64,000 nt of DNA from the human T2T-CHM13v2.0 reference genome, Homo sapiens. A model generated the notes under the pieces. It made no database searches and was not told the DNA's origin. It saw nothing but the letters and a program-made list of their open reading frames with translations. The stretch lies in assembly GCF_009914755.1 (NCBI RefSeq), contig NC_060935.1; one strand, 5' to 3'. The translations under genes were made by a program, and so were the position numbers. This document shows, in pieces, positions 28,921-45,162 of this stretch; the first letter of the stretch is position 1, and the number at the start of each line of letters is the position of its first letter.

Positions 28921-29122
28921 AGCTTTGCACAGTGGCAGTATCAAACCCAGTGAGGTTTATCTGTGGCATGATTATTGCTAATTGATACTTCCCTCTACAG
29001 GAATTTAAACTTTCCTCTTCAGGAATGAAAGATTGGGGTGGTGGGGAACTTCTCAATACCCTGCCGGGATGATTTGTAACACAGTTGGCATTGGCAATTT
29101 TTGACAGTCTCTATAGAGACTG
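28921..29122 (+). pseudogene. U4 snRNA retropseudogene with an internal 61-nt insertion
   Basis: 'agctttgcacagtggcagtatc...attattgctaattga' matches the U4 5' part. 'caataccc...ggcattggcaatttttgacagtctctatagagactg' matches the U4 3' part with the Sm site. A-tail and TSD aaagaatat. Confidence 0.92.
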
Positions 29123-29223
29123 AATAGGAAAAAAAAGAATATACCGTAATGTAGTGTTTTCCTAAACTTTTGTCATATGTATTCAGATCACCATTTAAAC
29201 TAGTTAATGCATAATATGGTTAG

Positions 29224-29433
<210 letters not shown>

Positions 29434-30519
29434 TGAACAGGACTTTGTGTTTTGGGGGACTAGGACAGAGAAGGTAGCTCTTAGGGTGTATTGGGAGAAT
29501 AATGAGAGCAAAGAAATAGTGTGCTATCCATAGTGACAGCCAGTAAAGCATGTAACACAAACTATACTGTGGAATCTGTTCTGTCCTAAATAGTGTGACC
29601 CTTGGATTTTTAAGCTACATATTAAAAATTTGCACTTATGTAGTCATTATTGTGGTCAAGAGAAAAGAAAATTTGCACTAGCATAGCTATAGTTATTTAG
29701 CAACAGTTGCTTTGAGGGAGATTTTTTCAGGGATCCTGCCTTATTATCTAAATGAGAGGCCAATTTAAAAATGTTTACTCTTAACGCCTGTCATCCCAGC
29801 ACTATGGGAGGCCGAGGCGGGCATATCACCTGGGGTCAGGAGTTTGAGACCAGCCTGGCCAACGTGGTGAAATCCCATTTCTACTAAAACAAACAAACAA
29901 ACAAATTAAAAAAAAAAAAAGAGTTTACTCGTAATAGTCTCAAATTTATAGAAACTGGATTTTAATTATATTATTCAAAAGCAGGTAGACTTGCCCTGGA
30001 GATCAGTTTGTATTTAGCTTTGCACTTGTTTTTTACATAAATTCTAAGGACTGTCGTCTTAGAAGGAAGTAGGTTTTAGTGGTGAGAAATTCCATCCTAC
30101 TTCTCATGGGAGCAGGGAAGACTAACTGTCTTTTACGCAGTAAGACTGCCTACCTACTCTTATTTTAAAGGAAAAAACAAATTAATATATAGCTTTTTCA
30201 CCAGTCTTTAGCCAGTTCAAGGGCAGCAGCCATATTATGTGTCAACAGAATTTGAATTGTTAAAATACGTGGTAGCTTATTATATTCATGAATAGTTTTT
30301 TTTTTTTTTTGAGATGAAGTTTCCGTTTTGTTGTCCAGGCTGGAGTGCAATGGCGTGATCTTGGCTCACTGCAACCTGTCCACTTCCCGGGTCCAAGCAA
30401 TTCTCCTGCCTCAGCCTCCCAAGCAGCTGGGACTACAGGCACACGCCACCATGCCCAGCTAATTTTTTTTGTGTTTTTAGTAGAGATGGGGTTTCACTAT
30501 GTTGGCCAGGATGGTCTCA

Positions 30520-30621
<102 letters not shown>

Positions 30622-30751
30622 TTAATCATGAGGTCTGATCTTCAAGTTTAGAATATATCTTTTGAAAATGAACTATGATTATACTTTATGAAGACAGTTT
30701 ATGCCTTTCCATATTTCAGGTTATTTACATATGTCCTCCTTCTTTTTATAA

Positions 30752-30895
<144 letters not shown>

Positions 30896-31558
30896 TAAAT
30901 GTTTTTCTTTGCGCTGTGGTGAGTATGTCCAGGGCAGTGAGTATGCACAAAGCTCCTCTCGTCTGCTGAGTCTTGATTATTCACATAGCAACAACATTCA
31001 CTGTCTGATGTGAAAGATCCTTGCTGTGTGCTAGGGGAATACAGAGATAATCACAATACTGTCCCTGTTCCCAAACATACCTTCTAGTGGTAGAGATACA
31101 CAGGTTTTCAAGTAGAGGTGTAAGAAACATGATGCTAAAGTGCAGAGGGAAGGGTGATTCTGACCGGGGGAGTTAAGGGAAAATGTCTTGCCAGAGTCTG
31201 TGAACAGACTAGTTTTATTTTAGGACATGTTCTACTTACAGATCATCTACAACTGTTTACAGGGAGCTGGTTCACAGGCCAGGGTAATTTCAAAAGAATA
31301 TCCTGTGAAATTTCATAGAATTATATATTACAGCCTCCCTTGCCCCACCCCAAAACCTGGTTCAGTTGATTGTGATGATGCAAGAGTTGTTTTTAAAAAG
31401 CTCCTTAGGAGGTTCAGATAGGCAGCCGGGTTTGGGAACCTCTAATCTAGGGTATAGTGAAAGAACTATTTACTGATTGCATGCGTTCTATTTATGAGAC
31501 TCAGTGAAGAGGATTGTTTTACATTTTAAAACTTGTAAAATAAAAATTAAAGCTTGAG

Positions 31559-31658
31559 ATCCTTTTGTGGTTCAAAAGCATGATTGGGCTTTCATGCTTA
31601 TGCATGAGTTGTGACTCCCTCAAACCTTATTAGGATGTCGGCGCATTACCCATCTGAC
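31559..31658 (+). pseudogene. U13 (SNORD13) snoRNA retropseudogene
   Basis: 'atccttttgtggttca...tgattggg...cattacccatctgac' matches U13 with the box D CTGA. A-rich tail and TSD ...agcttgag (31551-31558, 31681-31688). Confidence 0.88.
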
Positions 31659-31880
31659 ATGAGAAAAGGAAAAAAGTTACAGCTTGAGAGCGACCCTTCT
31701 CTTTACAGTCTTGCATTATGTGTGACCTAGTAGTTGCTAGCATTTTTCTCCAAGGTTGGATTGTTTTCATATGTGGTTCAAATCCATTCCTTTCAGTGTT
31801 TCTGTCAACCATGTTTTGACTAAATATTATGTAGCATTTACTATGTGGATATTGGTATTTAAAATGGCTGTTTTTGTTAG

Positions 31881-32066
<186 letters not shown>

Positions 32067-33481
32067 TAAGGTTGAAGAAAGTTACTGTTTTCTGTTTTTT
32101 CTTTGAAATTGCAGTGTTTTCTTCTGTTATTTCATAACACTTTTTTGGGATGCTTTTGACTTTTTTATTTTAGGGAGAGGAGGTGGTAAGAGTTTATTTG
32201 CGGTCATAGACTGGGTCCTGTCAAGTCTGGGGAAGACTTAGATCCACTTCTGATCTAACAGTGTATTCTTTCTAACACTGTCACTTTTTTGCAAAGACAA
32301 CTGACTAGGAATGTGCCTTACAACACCATACTTTCTTCAGTAACCCAGCCGTGAGATACTTATTTCTGAACTGATTTACATCTTTTTCTTGAGGGTTTCT
32401 GTATTTTTTGTTTCTTGCACATTTTAGAGTTTGGAGGGCACTTTCCTTATGTTAACTTATTTAATCTTTGTTCTTTGCGGCAGGTAGTGTTAACCCTGTT
32501 TTTACTGATAAGATTGAGGCTTAAAGAAGTTATGCACCTTGCTCAAGGTTACACAGCTAAAAAGTTGCAGAACGAGGATTTATGCCCAGGTCTATGTAAC
32601 GCCAAAGCTCTTTTTTTTCCTTTATATACACTGCTTACAAAATAACGTGGCATGATTACATATAAATGTATCTTTTTCAGTGCTAAAGGGTGCTTTTCTA
32701 TTTTATTATTGGTACTTAGTGAAAAGGCCTGTTTTTTACTTCATTTGTAATTATGCCTTGGTAGTACTCCAGAATTTCAGGCATGGGCATTGTCATTAAA
32801 TAGATGATATTTTATTTTTGATTTCCAGTTTTTTTCTTGTTAATACAGTTTTTTTTAGTACATTAGTTTGTAGTCTTAAAGTGGAAATTTAGGTCCTTCA
32901 GCTTTTAGTAAAAGGAATTGGGGAGACACGTTAGAGAAGACAGCATGAGGCAGTGAAAGGAGTAGGGGACTAGGGGTGAAAGGTGTGTAAGCCAAGGCTC
33001 AACCACTTGCTAAATAACTTCGAGCAAGGGATTTAGTGTCTATGGTCCCCCACTTATTCCCGTCAATAGCAGGTATAGGAGTGGGGTCTTAGGGTCATAT
33101 TAAATGATGTATGTAGAAGTTTCTTATAAGTAATAAAGCATTATATGATAGGTTACTGTTTCTTACCATTAATACAGTTCAACTTAAAAAGCTGATAATT
33201 TGAGTAGATCGTTAGTCTTGCAAATTTCTGATTGACCATAAATTTAAATATTCCCCAAATAAATGATCAGCATAAAAACAGCTATTTTTATAACCATTAT
33301 AAATTTCAGAGTAGTAAGTGTAGCCTTGGAAGCAGCAAAGCTTTAAAACTTTTACTTCTTCCTGGTGTACAAAAAGCTTAGTGAAGAAAAAAAGACCCTG
33401 TCTGGGCATGGTGGCTCACCCCTGTAGTCCCTACACTTTAGGAGGCCAAGATGGGAAGCTTGCTTGAGCCCAGGAGTTTGA

Positions 33482-33871
<390 letters not shown>

Positions 33872-33953
33872 TAAACTCAGCACTCAGGGAGGCTGGGCAG
33901 ATCCCTCAAGTCCAGGAGTTTGAGACCTGCCTGGGCAACATGGCCCATCTCTA

Positions 33954-34082
<129 letters not shown>

Positions 34083-34626
34083 CTACACTCCAGTTGGGAT
34101 GACAGAGTGAAACCATGTCTTAAAAAAGACAAAAAGACTGATGTGTATGATAACATGCACAGTGAGATCTCTTGACATGCTAATATATTTTTATGTGTAT
34201 GTGTCAGAGTGTGTGTGTGTGTCTTTAAAGAAAAATCGGAGTTTATAAAATTTTATATCCTTCTGAGTTCATACCTCAGGGGTGACACCAAAACAAACAA
34301 ATTTTTTACCTTGCATTCATTTAATATTGTATTGTAAATTTTTTCATCTATTTTAATAGCTGTATAATATCCTATAATGTAAATACTTCATGATTTCTTT
34401 TCCCAATTTTCCATTGCTAGATAATTTTATTTCCAGTTTAATGGTTCTCGTAATGCTCACACACATACTTACCTTCTATAGGAATTATGAAGCACTGTCA
34501 GGGAAACACATCAAGGAAAAAGGAAAATAAATTTCAGAATGTATTGTAAGAAGCCGGTACTGCAGCAGCAGACCAAACCCTAAGTCTATTAATGTAAAAG
34601 CCCCTTGTCCCCACTGGCTCTTCTCA

Positions 34627-35076
<450 letters not shown>

Positions 35077-36160
35077 TCAAGTGATCTTCCTGCCTTAGTC
35101 TTTTGAGTAGCAGGGACTACTCGTGCACGCCACTGTGCCCAGCTTATTTTTTTTTTATTTATAGAGACTGGTTGTCGATATGTTGCTCAGGTTTGTTTTG
35201 AACTCCTGGTATCAAGCGATCGTCCCTCCTTGTCCTCCCAAAGTGTTTTGATTACAGGTGTGAGCCACTTCCAGGCCTTTCTTTCTCTTTCCAGTAAAGT
35301 GCTAAAAATCAGATAATTAGAAACTGAGGGTTTGGTTAATTTAAATGATTTATGCTTTGGTTCTAAGTGTTGGCTGTTGATTAGTGTGTATAAGATTACT
35401 GGCTTTGGAATTGGATTCCCAGGTTTTTGGCTCTGGATTTAGACTCCCAGGTTTTGTATCCCAGTTTATAGCTATGTGACCTTGGGCAAATTGCTTAACA
35501 TTGCTAAAGTTTTTTCTGTTTAAAAAATGGAAATAATAGTGCCTACCTAATAAGGTTAAGATTAAATGATATGTTAGTAAGATTAAATGATATAATTCAT
35601 GAAAGCTCTTGTTATAATGCATGCTGTATAATGAACACTTGATAAATCTTATTTCTCATTGGTATTGATAGTTTTCTTTTTTTGGAGTATAAGGATTTGA
35701 TTGTGCAAAAAATCTCTAGCTTCTCTTGAATATGATTATAATTTCATTACAGTAATGGGTCTAGATGTGGGTGTGTCCCAAGTCATTTGTTACCAGGGAT
35801 CAAGTACTGACATTTATGAATGATTTATATTAGGTTTATACCGTAGAATATCGAATATCCTTCTCACTCATTTCCTGATAAGCTTTTCTGAGTGGAAGAA
35901 AATGAATAGAGTTAAAGGGAATAAACCCATCATGAATCATGATAATCAGGGGTGTGTGATGAGAGTGTATTGTAATGTCAAGCTGAGAACCTACACATTC
36001 AAGCAGTATGAAAGGGTTCTTAGAGCTACCTCTGCCTTTATTTAAAGTCTGCCTACACATAGTGGTAGTTTAAAAAAGTAGTTAGTTTTAAAATTTTCAT
36101 AAAATTGATGAATCATTTATATTCCTATCATTTTGTATGGTGACTTAAAAAGTTTTTTAA

Positions 36161-36316
<156 letters not shown>

Positions 36317-36572
36317 TAAGTGGCCAAAATAAAAGTTTTGTATTTAATATGTTAATTTGCTATTGATGTTTGCTGAGTAATTATATTAAGCATTTGGTTT
36401 TTATTTGCTAGGGTGGCATAATATTTCTGTAAATTATATAAGCTGTAGAGTGTTTTTTTTTTTAATAGGTGGAGTCTCACTCTTTTACCCAGGTTGGAGT
36501 GCAGTGATGATCATATCTGACTACAGCCTTGAGCTCCGGGGTTCAAGGAATTCTTTTGCCTCAACCTCCTGA

Positions 36573-36770
<198 letters not shown>

Positions 36771-38261
36771 TAGTTCTTAGGAGAAAATTCATAAAGTCTG
36801 TTTTTAAACATTGTAAGAATGAGAGGTAACAATGTCTAAAAACTAGTCTTTATTAAGTAAATGTCACATATTTGAGCTGGGGTAAACAATGAACCCCGGC
36901 ACTGAGCAGAAGGCTGCCTTACCTTTTGAGATTCCAGGTCTGCTTCAGTTCTTGCCTAATGGTTATGGCAGGTCTAGTATATTTGAAGTGAATAGGGCCA
37001 TTTGTATTCTAGCCTGTACTCTCCATGTTATGCCTAAAATAACCCAAGTTTTATAGTTCTCATGACCTGGTGTTGATCCTGGGTCTAATCAAGTTCATGA
37101 TTATGCCCTAAAAACTGGGTTGATAACTGTGTGTCTGTGAAGGAGGTAAGATGGTTTTTGTCCCCAGGCTTCATAGGAATGCAGTCTACTTGATTTACAT
37201 TCACAAATCACAAGTTAATGCAATTGGCCAGTAGCCTTTAAGGACTTTTTGGCCTACCTTTTGAGCCTTTTTGAAATTTAACACCTGACATTTGTCAGGG
37301 TCTGTGACTACATTTTATTTTTAAAGTGTTAGTTGCTTTATTTCCTTTTTGTCTCAGTTTGTGTTTTTGAGATGGCGTCTCACAATGCTGTTGTCCAGGC
37401 TGATCTCAAACTCTTGGGCTCAAGCAGTCCTCCTGCTTCACCCTCCTGTGTAGCTGGGACTACAGGTGTGCACTACGATACCCTTAGTTGCTTTATTTCA
37501 GCAGACGTAACTAGCCACAGTAAAGCAAAGCATACTGTGAAACACAAAATAACGACCCTTAGGAGTAGGGGCAGAAAAATACATTTATAATGCTATTGTT
37601 TTCTTTCTTTTTGATTTTTCCTATGTACAGTCATTTCCAATATAATACTATTTTTAATGCAGAGGTTTTAATTCACTTAAAAAATGAAAACATAGTAGAT
37701 AAGTGTGAGAGCAGATGCAGAGTATGAAAGAATACACAATGGACAGGAAACTAGTCCTGAAACTTCCAGAGAAAGATGATGGAATAAAGTAGAGTCATAG
37801 AGTTTTCTTCCCCTTATCTAAAGAAAGAATAAAATAATTGGGGTGATTTGAGGGTGGGTTGGGAGAAAGTAGGTGTTAAACATAGATGAAACAAGTTTGG
37901 ATTGCATTTTTAACTTAAGAATGGGTGATGGGATTATAGGCTTTCATTATATTATACTTCTGTTGGTGTTTATTATTTATTTGCCAGTAAGCCTTTTGCC
38001 CTCCTACTGTTTGTGTTTAAAATTTTCCATAGTAAAAAGAGAGACTGAGTGCAATGGAAAAGAAAAGAGAAAATTATCATCATTGAATTGTTTAGACTTA
38101 GAACTAAGACTAAAACTGGGATTATGGTTACAGGTCCCAATCTAAACGTTGTAAACTTCCACAAAGAAAGATTAGTGATGATGTAGCCTTGACAGAATCA
38201 GGAGTGAAGGAGAAGTAGAAGGCAGTAGTAGAATGCCCTTTTCCTCATCTTCTATAGCTGG

Positions 38262-38336
38262 TGTATTAGGGTTCTCTAGAGGGACAGAACTAATGGAATG
38301 TGTATGTGTGTATATGTGTGTGCGTGTGTATATATG

Positions 38337-38369
<33 letters not shown>

Positions 38370-38769
38370 GCACACACACACACACATAAAGGGGAGTTTA
38401 TTAAGTATTAACTCACAGGATCAGAAGGTCCCACAATAGGCCATCTGCCGGCTGAGAAGCAAGGAGAGTCAGTCCAAGTTCCAAAACTAAAGAACCTGGA
38501 GTCTGTTGTTCAAGGGCAAGAAGCATCCAGCACGAGAGAAAGATGTAGGCTGGGAGGCTAGGCCAGTGTCTCTTTTCACGTTTTTCTGCCTGTTTATATT
38601 CTAGCCCCACTGGCAGCTGATTAGATGGTGCCCACCCAGATTAAGGGTGGGTCTGCCTTTCCCAGCCCACTGACTTAAATGTTAATCTCCTTTGCACCCT
38701 CACAGACACACCTAGGACCAGTACTTTGTATCCTTCAATCCAATCAAGTTGACAGTGTTAACCATCACA
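38262..38769 (-). mobile_element. Complete MLT2A-type (HERV-L) solo LTR, antisense in MED17 intron 9
   Basis: 'tgtattagggttctctagagggacagaac...caatccaatcaagttgacagtgttaaccatcaca' with a 5-bp TSD GCTGG (38257-38261, 38770-38774) and an internal TG/TA/CA microsatellite. Confidence 0.88.
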
Positions 38770-39706
38770 GCTGGGCTCAACTTAGGCTATTGAAAGTTGA
38801 AAATAATTATCAGAATTCCTTTGGATCAATCATTTAAAACAGTTTCTTACACATCTTTCTAGGAAAGTCTATGTATTTACAAGCATATATATCCTACCTG
38901 TTCCTGTAACCGACCTCTCTTTAAAAACTTTTTTTTTACATATGCATGTAGAAGTTATGTAACCCTACCTGTCTTACAGAGTTTTGTATGCTTTCTAGCA
39001 ACATAATACACATAACAAAATTCACCATTTTAAAGTGGACACAGTTCAGTGGTCTTTAGTATATTCCCTATGTTGTATAACCATCATCGTCTAATTATTG
39101 AACATTTCCATCACCCCAAAAAGAAACTCTACATATTAGCAGTCATTTGTAATTTACGTGATTTTTAAACTCAGTAGTGTTTTAGTTCAACTTATGCAGG
39201 TAGGCTTAATGATCAGAATACAATGGGATCAATTAGGAAAAACTATATACAGGAAATGCTTTACAGAGTAGTAGACCCTTTTTATGTGGACTATTTTAAT
39301 AAGGTTTAAAATATGTGGATTATTCTGCATTCTTCTCAGTTAAAATTATTCATGTGGCCATAAGGTCCAGAAATGCAGACAAGACACATAATGAATAATT
39401 TATTGCTCAGTAGTCATATATGAGTGAGTAAACATTATTTTGTTAGCACATAGATCTACCTCATTTTTTTCTTACAGCCTTTTTGTATTTCATTGTATGT
39501 CCCACACTGTTAATCGGTCTTCTGTTGTTGAACATTTTTGTCGAGTACCAGGAAAATAATTTGTACATACACAGGTCTATCCATTTATAGGGTAAAGTCC
39601 TACAAGTATAATTGCTGGGTTAAAAGAGAAGGACATTTGGCTGGGCACAGTGGCTCATGCCTGTATCCCCAGCATTTTGGGCGGAGCACTTGAGGCCAGG
39701 AGTTCA

Positions 39707-40060
<354 letters not shown>

Positions 40061-40114
40061 TTAATATATCTTCAAGCCTTTTGAGTTTCGTTTTTCTTTG
40101 AGAAAACAATGTAA

Positions 40115-40510
<396 letters not shown>

Positions 40511-41516
40511 TAGTCTCGATCTCTTGAGCTTGTGACCGCCTGCCTCAGCCTCCCAAAGTGCTGGGATTACAGGCGTGAGCCACTGTGCCCAGCCTTTATT
40601 TTTTTTTATTACAATTTTATGTAGACAATCACTAAAATGCTTTATTCTCAAATATTTGCTTTAAAACAAAGCTAGAAAGAAGAGCCATTATTAAATGTGA
40701 GAGGACATAAAGCTGTTTTTTCCTGCATTTTGTTCATCTAGGTTATTAGGGATTTCAAGTTTCTTGGACATATTACATGCTGAAATTTTAGAAGTTGCTT
40801 TGGAAGAGTGCAGTGATGTGCTTGTTATTTACTGGCTATTGTATGAGTTTCTTTATTTGACCTAAGCCAAATTAATGGAGTATATATATTCTGACTTGTT
40901 TGCTGATTATTTCAGTAAGAGAAGGTAAAGAGTTAACAAAACCGCTTCTCTTTCTGTACGAGAATTTGCTCCTTGGTTAACGCTGGCTCTCATCCCTTGG
41001 AAACCTGATAAGGAAAGATGTCATCAGTATTACTAGGCAACATTGCTTATAGTAAAAATGATCTCAAATTGGTAAAATGCATCTGAACCAGGAGAAATTT
41101 TAAATAAATGATGGGAATGCCTTTGGATTTTCCTGGATGGTGGTGACTTTTAAAACTGAGCTTGGCTTGTGGAAACCATGCCTATGGAGTTGTTACAGAA
41201 GCTTATGGCTCCTGTTAGGGCAGGGCCCACATATACCCAATTGGATCTCATCTCCTTGCAACAAAGGTATTCTGCTGCTATATAGACAGTTGCATGGTCT
41301 GCTGGCAAGCTGTGGTCGCTTCAAATGCTTCTGGGTAGACTGGTACTCAGTGTGGTCTATGGTATTCTGGGGTGAGTCTGTTTAGTTGAACCTAAGAAGA
41401 CACCTGCATCTCCTCCATGGATGTTGGTGTGGGTTATTAAAACTTTTTTTTTTGGCCGGGTGCAGTGGCTCAGGCCTGTAATCCCAGCACTTTGGGAGGC
41501 CGAGGCAGGTAGATCA

Positions 41517-41766
<250 letters not shown>

Positions 41767-41839
41767 TTAACGTTTATTATTTATGAAATTGTATAAGATA
41801 ATTTTGAACATCTCTGATTTTTAGTATGTGTGTCTATAA

Positions 41840-42007
<168 letters not shown>

Positions 42008-42855
42008 TAAAGAACAAATTGGTTAAAAAGTAGTTAAAATGTAATAAATTGTGTAAGAAGAAAAAAAATTTTTTTCCAGTAGAAATTAAATTCTGTTTAA
42101 TTTCTAATGCACATTTTACAACCTGTTGGTTAACTGGAAGTACTGATAAGCTGTCCTAGGTTTTCACATAGTTTATGTTAAGATGAAGGACCAGTTCTGA
42201 GACTAGCAAGTTTTTTTTCCCACATGTCATATTTGTGAAGGTTTACAAAATCTCTAGGGTTTACAACATCTCCAGAGTTGTTGTAGAAAGTGAAGAAAAC
42301 TAGAGAAAGGGAGATCATATAAAAAACTATAATGACCATTATCCATAATAAATGAAGTAGTTTAATCTCAAGTCCAAGGGGCAGTATAGAAAGTGATGGG
42401 TTTGAGGCTGGGTATGGTGGTTTGCGCCTATAATCCCAGCACTTTGGGAGGCTGAAGCGAGAGTATCACTTCAGGTTGGGAGTTCAATACCAGCCTGGGC
42501 AACATAGCAAGACCCCTGTCTCCACAAAAATAGAAAATTGAGTGGGTGTGTTGGTATGTACCTATAGTCATAGCTATTAGGGAGGCCGAGGCAGGAGGGT
42601 TGCCTGAGCCCGGGTGTTCAAGGTTACAATGAGCTATAATTGGTCCCACTGTACTTCAGCCCAGGGTGACAGAGCAAGATACCATCTCTTTTTAAAAAAA
42701 AAAAAAAAAAAAAAGGTGATGTGTTCTAGTCCCAGCTCTACGACAAACTTGCTTTGTGACATCAGACAAATTTCTAGCCCTTTCTTTTCATATCTAACTG
42801 TATTTTCCCTAATTTCTTCATGGAGTTTTTAATGACCCAGTGAAATACTGAATTG

Positions 42856-42964
42856 TGAGATATAGGGTAGGTTTTTGAAATGCTAATGCAAGATACTATT
42901 TTTTTTTCACATTAAAAAAAATAGTATCTTGCATTAGCATTTCAAAAACCTACCCTATATCTCA
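42856..42964. repeat. Perfect inverted repeat, 51-bp arms with a 7-nt spacer
   Basis: 42856-42906 is the exact reverse complement of 42914-42964; spacer tcacatt. Confidence 0.95.
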
Positions 42965-43984
42965 GAAGCAATAATCTTATATACTGATTTGCTTCTTTGG
43001 TGGCCAAGTAAGTAAAATTCATTTGTTAGGTATGGCAGCTCTTGGCTGATTACATCTAAATTGGCTTTGGTTACCTTAAGCACACACACAAAAATATATT
43101 AGAACACTATTGAGTAGGTCCCAGAATCAATGGGAGGTCTAGAGAACAAGGCTTGCAAATGGATAGGGATCAAAGCTAGGTATGAGAACCATGGCCAGAG
43201 GAATGGCACTCATGCTGTCCCAGCACTACTGCCTTCAGCACTGGTGACAAAATGCATTCTAAATTGCCCCCATTGTATCAGTCAGAGTCTTAACAAGAAA
43301 TAGGTGGCAGACTCAGGAGGATCTAAAGATCTATTTACAAAGAAGTGGGTGTAGGTGAGCCACCAGGGATAGTGTGGTAACCTGCTGCTAGTAGTAGTAA
43401 CCAGGTAACCAGGCCCCAGGGACTTAGTGGTCACCATTCCTAGGCCAAAGTTAAGAGGAAGGACAGATTACAAGAACCCTAAGGGGGAGAGTCGTGTAGA
43501 ACAGTCCATCTTGAGAAGCCTAGCAGCCAGTCAAGAGATACAACCAGCCTAGACAACCTCACAGGGAGGGTGCCAGGGGAATAAATACCCTGACCTCACT
43601 CTTCCCTGCCATCCTGCTGTCTCCCATTACCTGAACCCAGCCCAAAGCCAGAGGATGTAAGAAGGTATTAATGTAACCACGTGTGTCAGCCTCCCAGGGC
43701 AGAAAATAAGGTAGGCAGTGGATTTGAAGGGGCAAATGTTACACCATATTCAGTGATCTAGATGAGAGTCTTCAGTTGGCCAAATTTATGTCATATGTCT
43801 TTGCTTAAGCTGCCAGTGGGCAGGAGAAGCAAGTATCAGGCAACTTTAGCTTTGGCAGTGGAAGGTGGAGTCCTATTCCCTCCCCCTAAGTTACGCACAG
43901 GAGGATTCCTCAGACCTAAGATAGGGTTGCTGTAGTAGTCAGTGAGCACCCCAACAAAAGTTTACTTCATGGTCGTGATGTTAA

Positions 43985-44218
<234 letters not shown>

Positions 44219-44646
44219 TGAGAAGGGACCATTGGGAGTTTGGCTTTAACATTTAGTTTTAATAATTAAATATGGGTAAGAGTAATTTATCTCTGCAATA
44301 AATTAGTTAATGTTGTATTTACACCGAATGTTTATTTGATCATAGCTATTATGCAGAGCAAGAGATTATTATTTCTCTTTCTAGTAATTATAATAAATGT
44401 TTAGATTGGCAGCACATTTTCCTGAGATAGTCTGAAAAGTATCATCAGCATTGTTACTCCTGCAGTCCCAAAGTTTAATGGATAAAAACTTTAAAAAAAA
44501 TATATACTGCTGTAAACATGGGAAGAAAAATATCTGATCCTAAAAATAGTAAAGGGATGGAACAGAGAGGAATATCTAATGCAAGGTACTACTTTTTTCA
44601 CATTAAAAAAATAGTAACAGTTTTTAAAATATTCTAAAATAAATAA

Positions 44647-44949
<303 letters not shown>

Positions 44950-45162
44950 TGATCCGCCTGCCTCGGCCTCCCAAAGCGCTGGGATTACAGGCGTGAGCCA
45001 CCGCACCCGGCCGAGGAGAAGTATTTTATTAAGCACCTTCTACGAGTGGGCACTTTAATAGGCACTTGTATGAGTATTACATAGCTTAAATTTACATTTG
45101 AAGCGCTTATGGTTTTAGTGTGATCTTTGTTTCTGATATCTGCTCTGACTACTTTAAAAATA

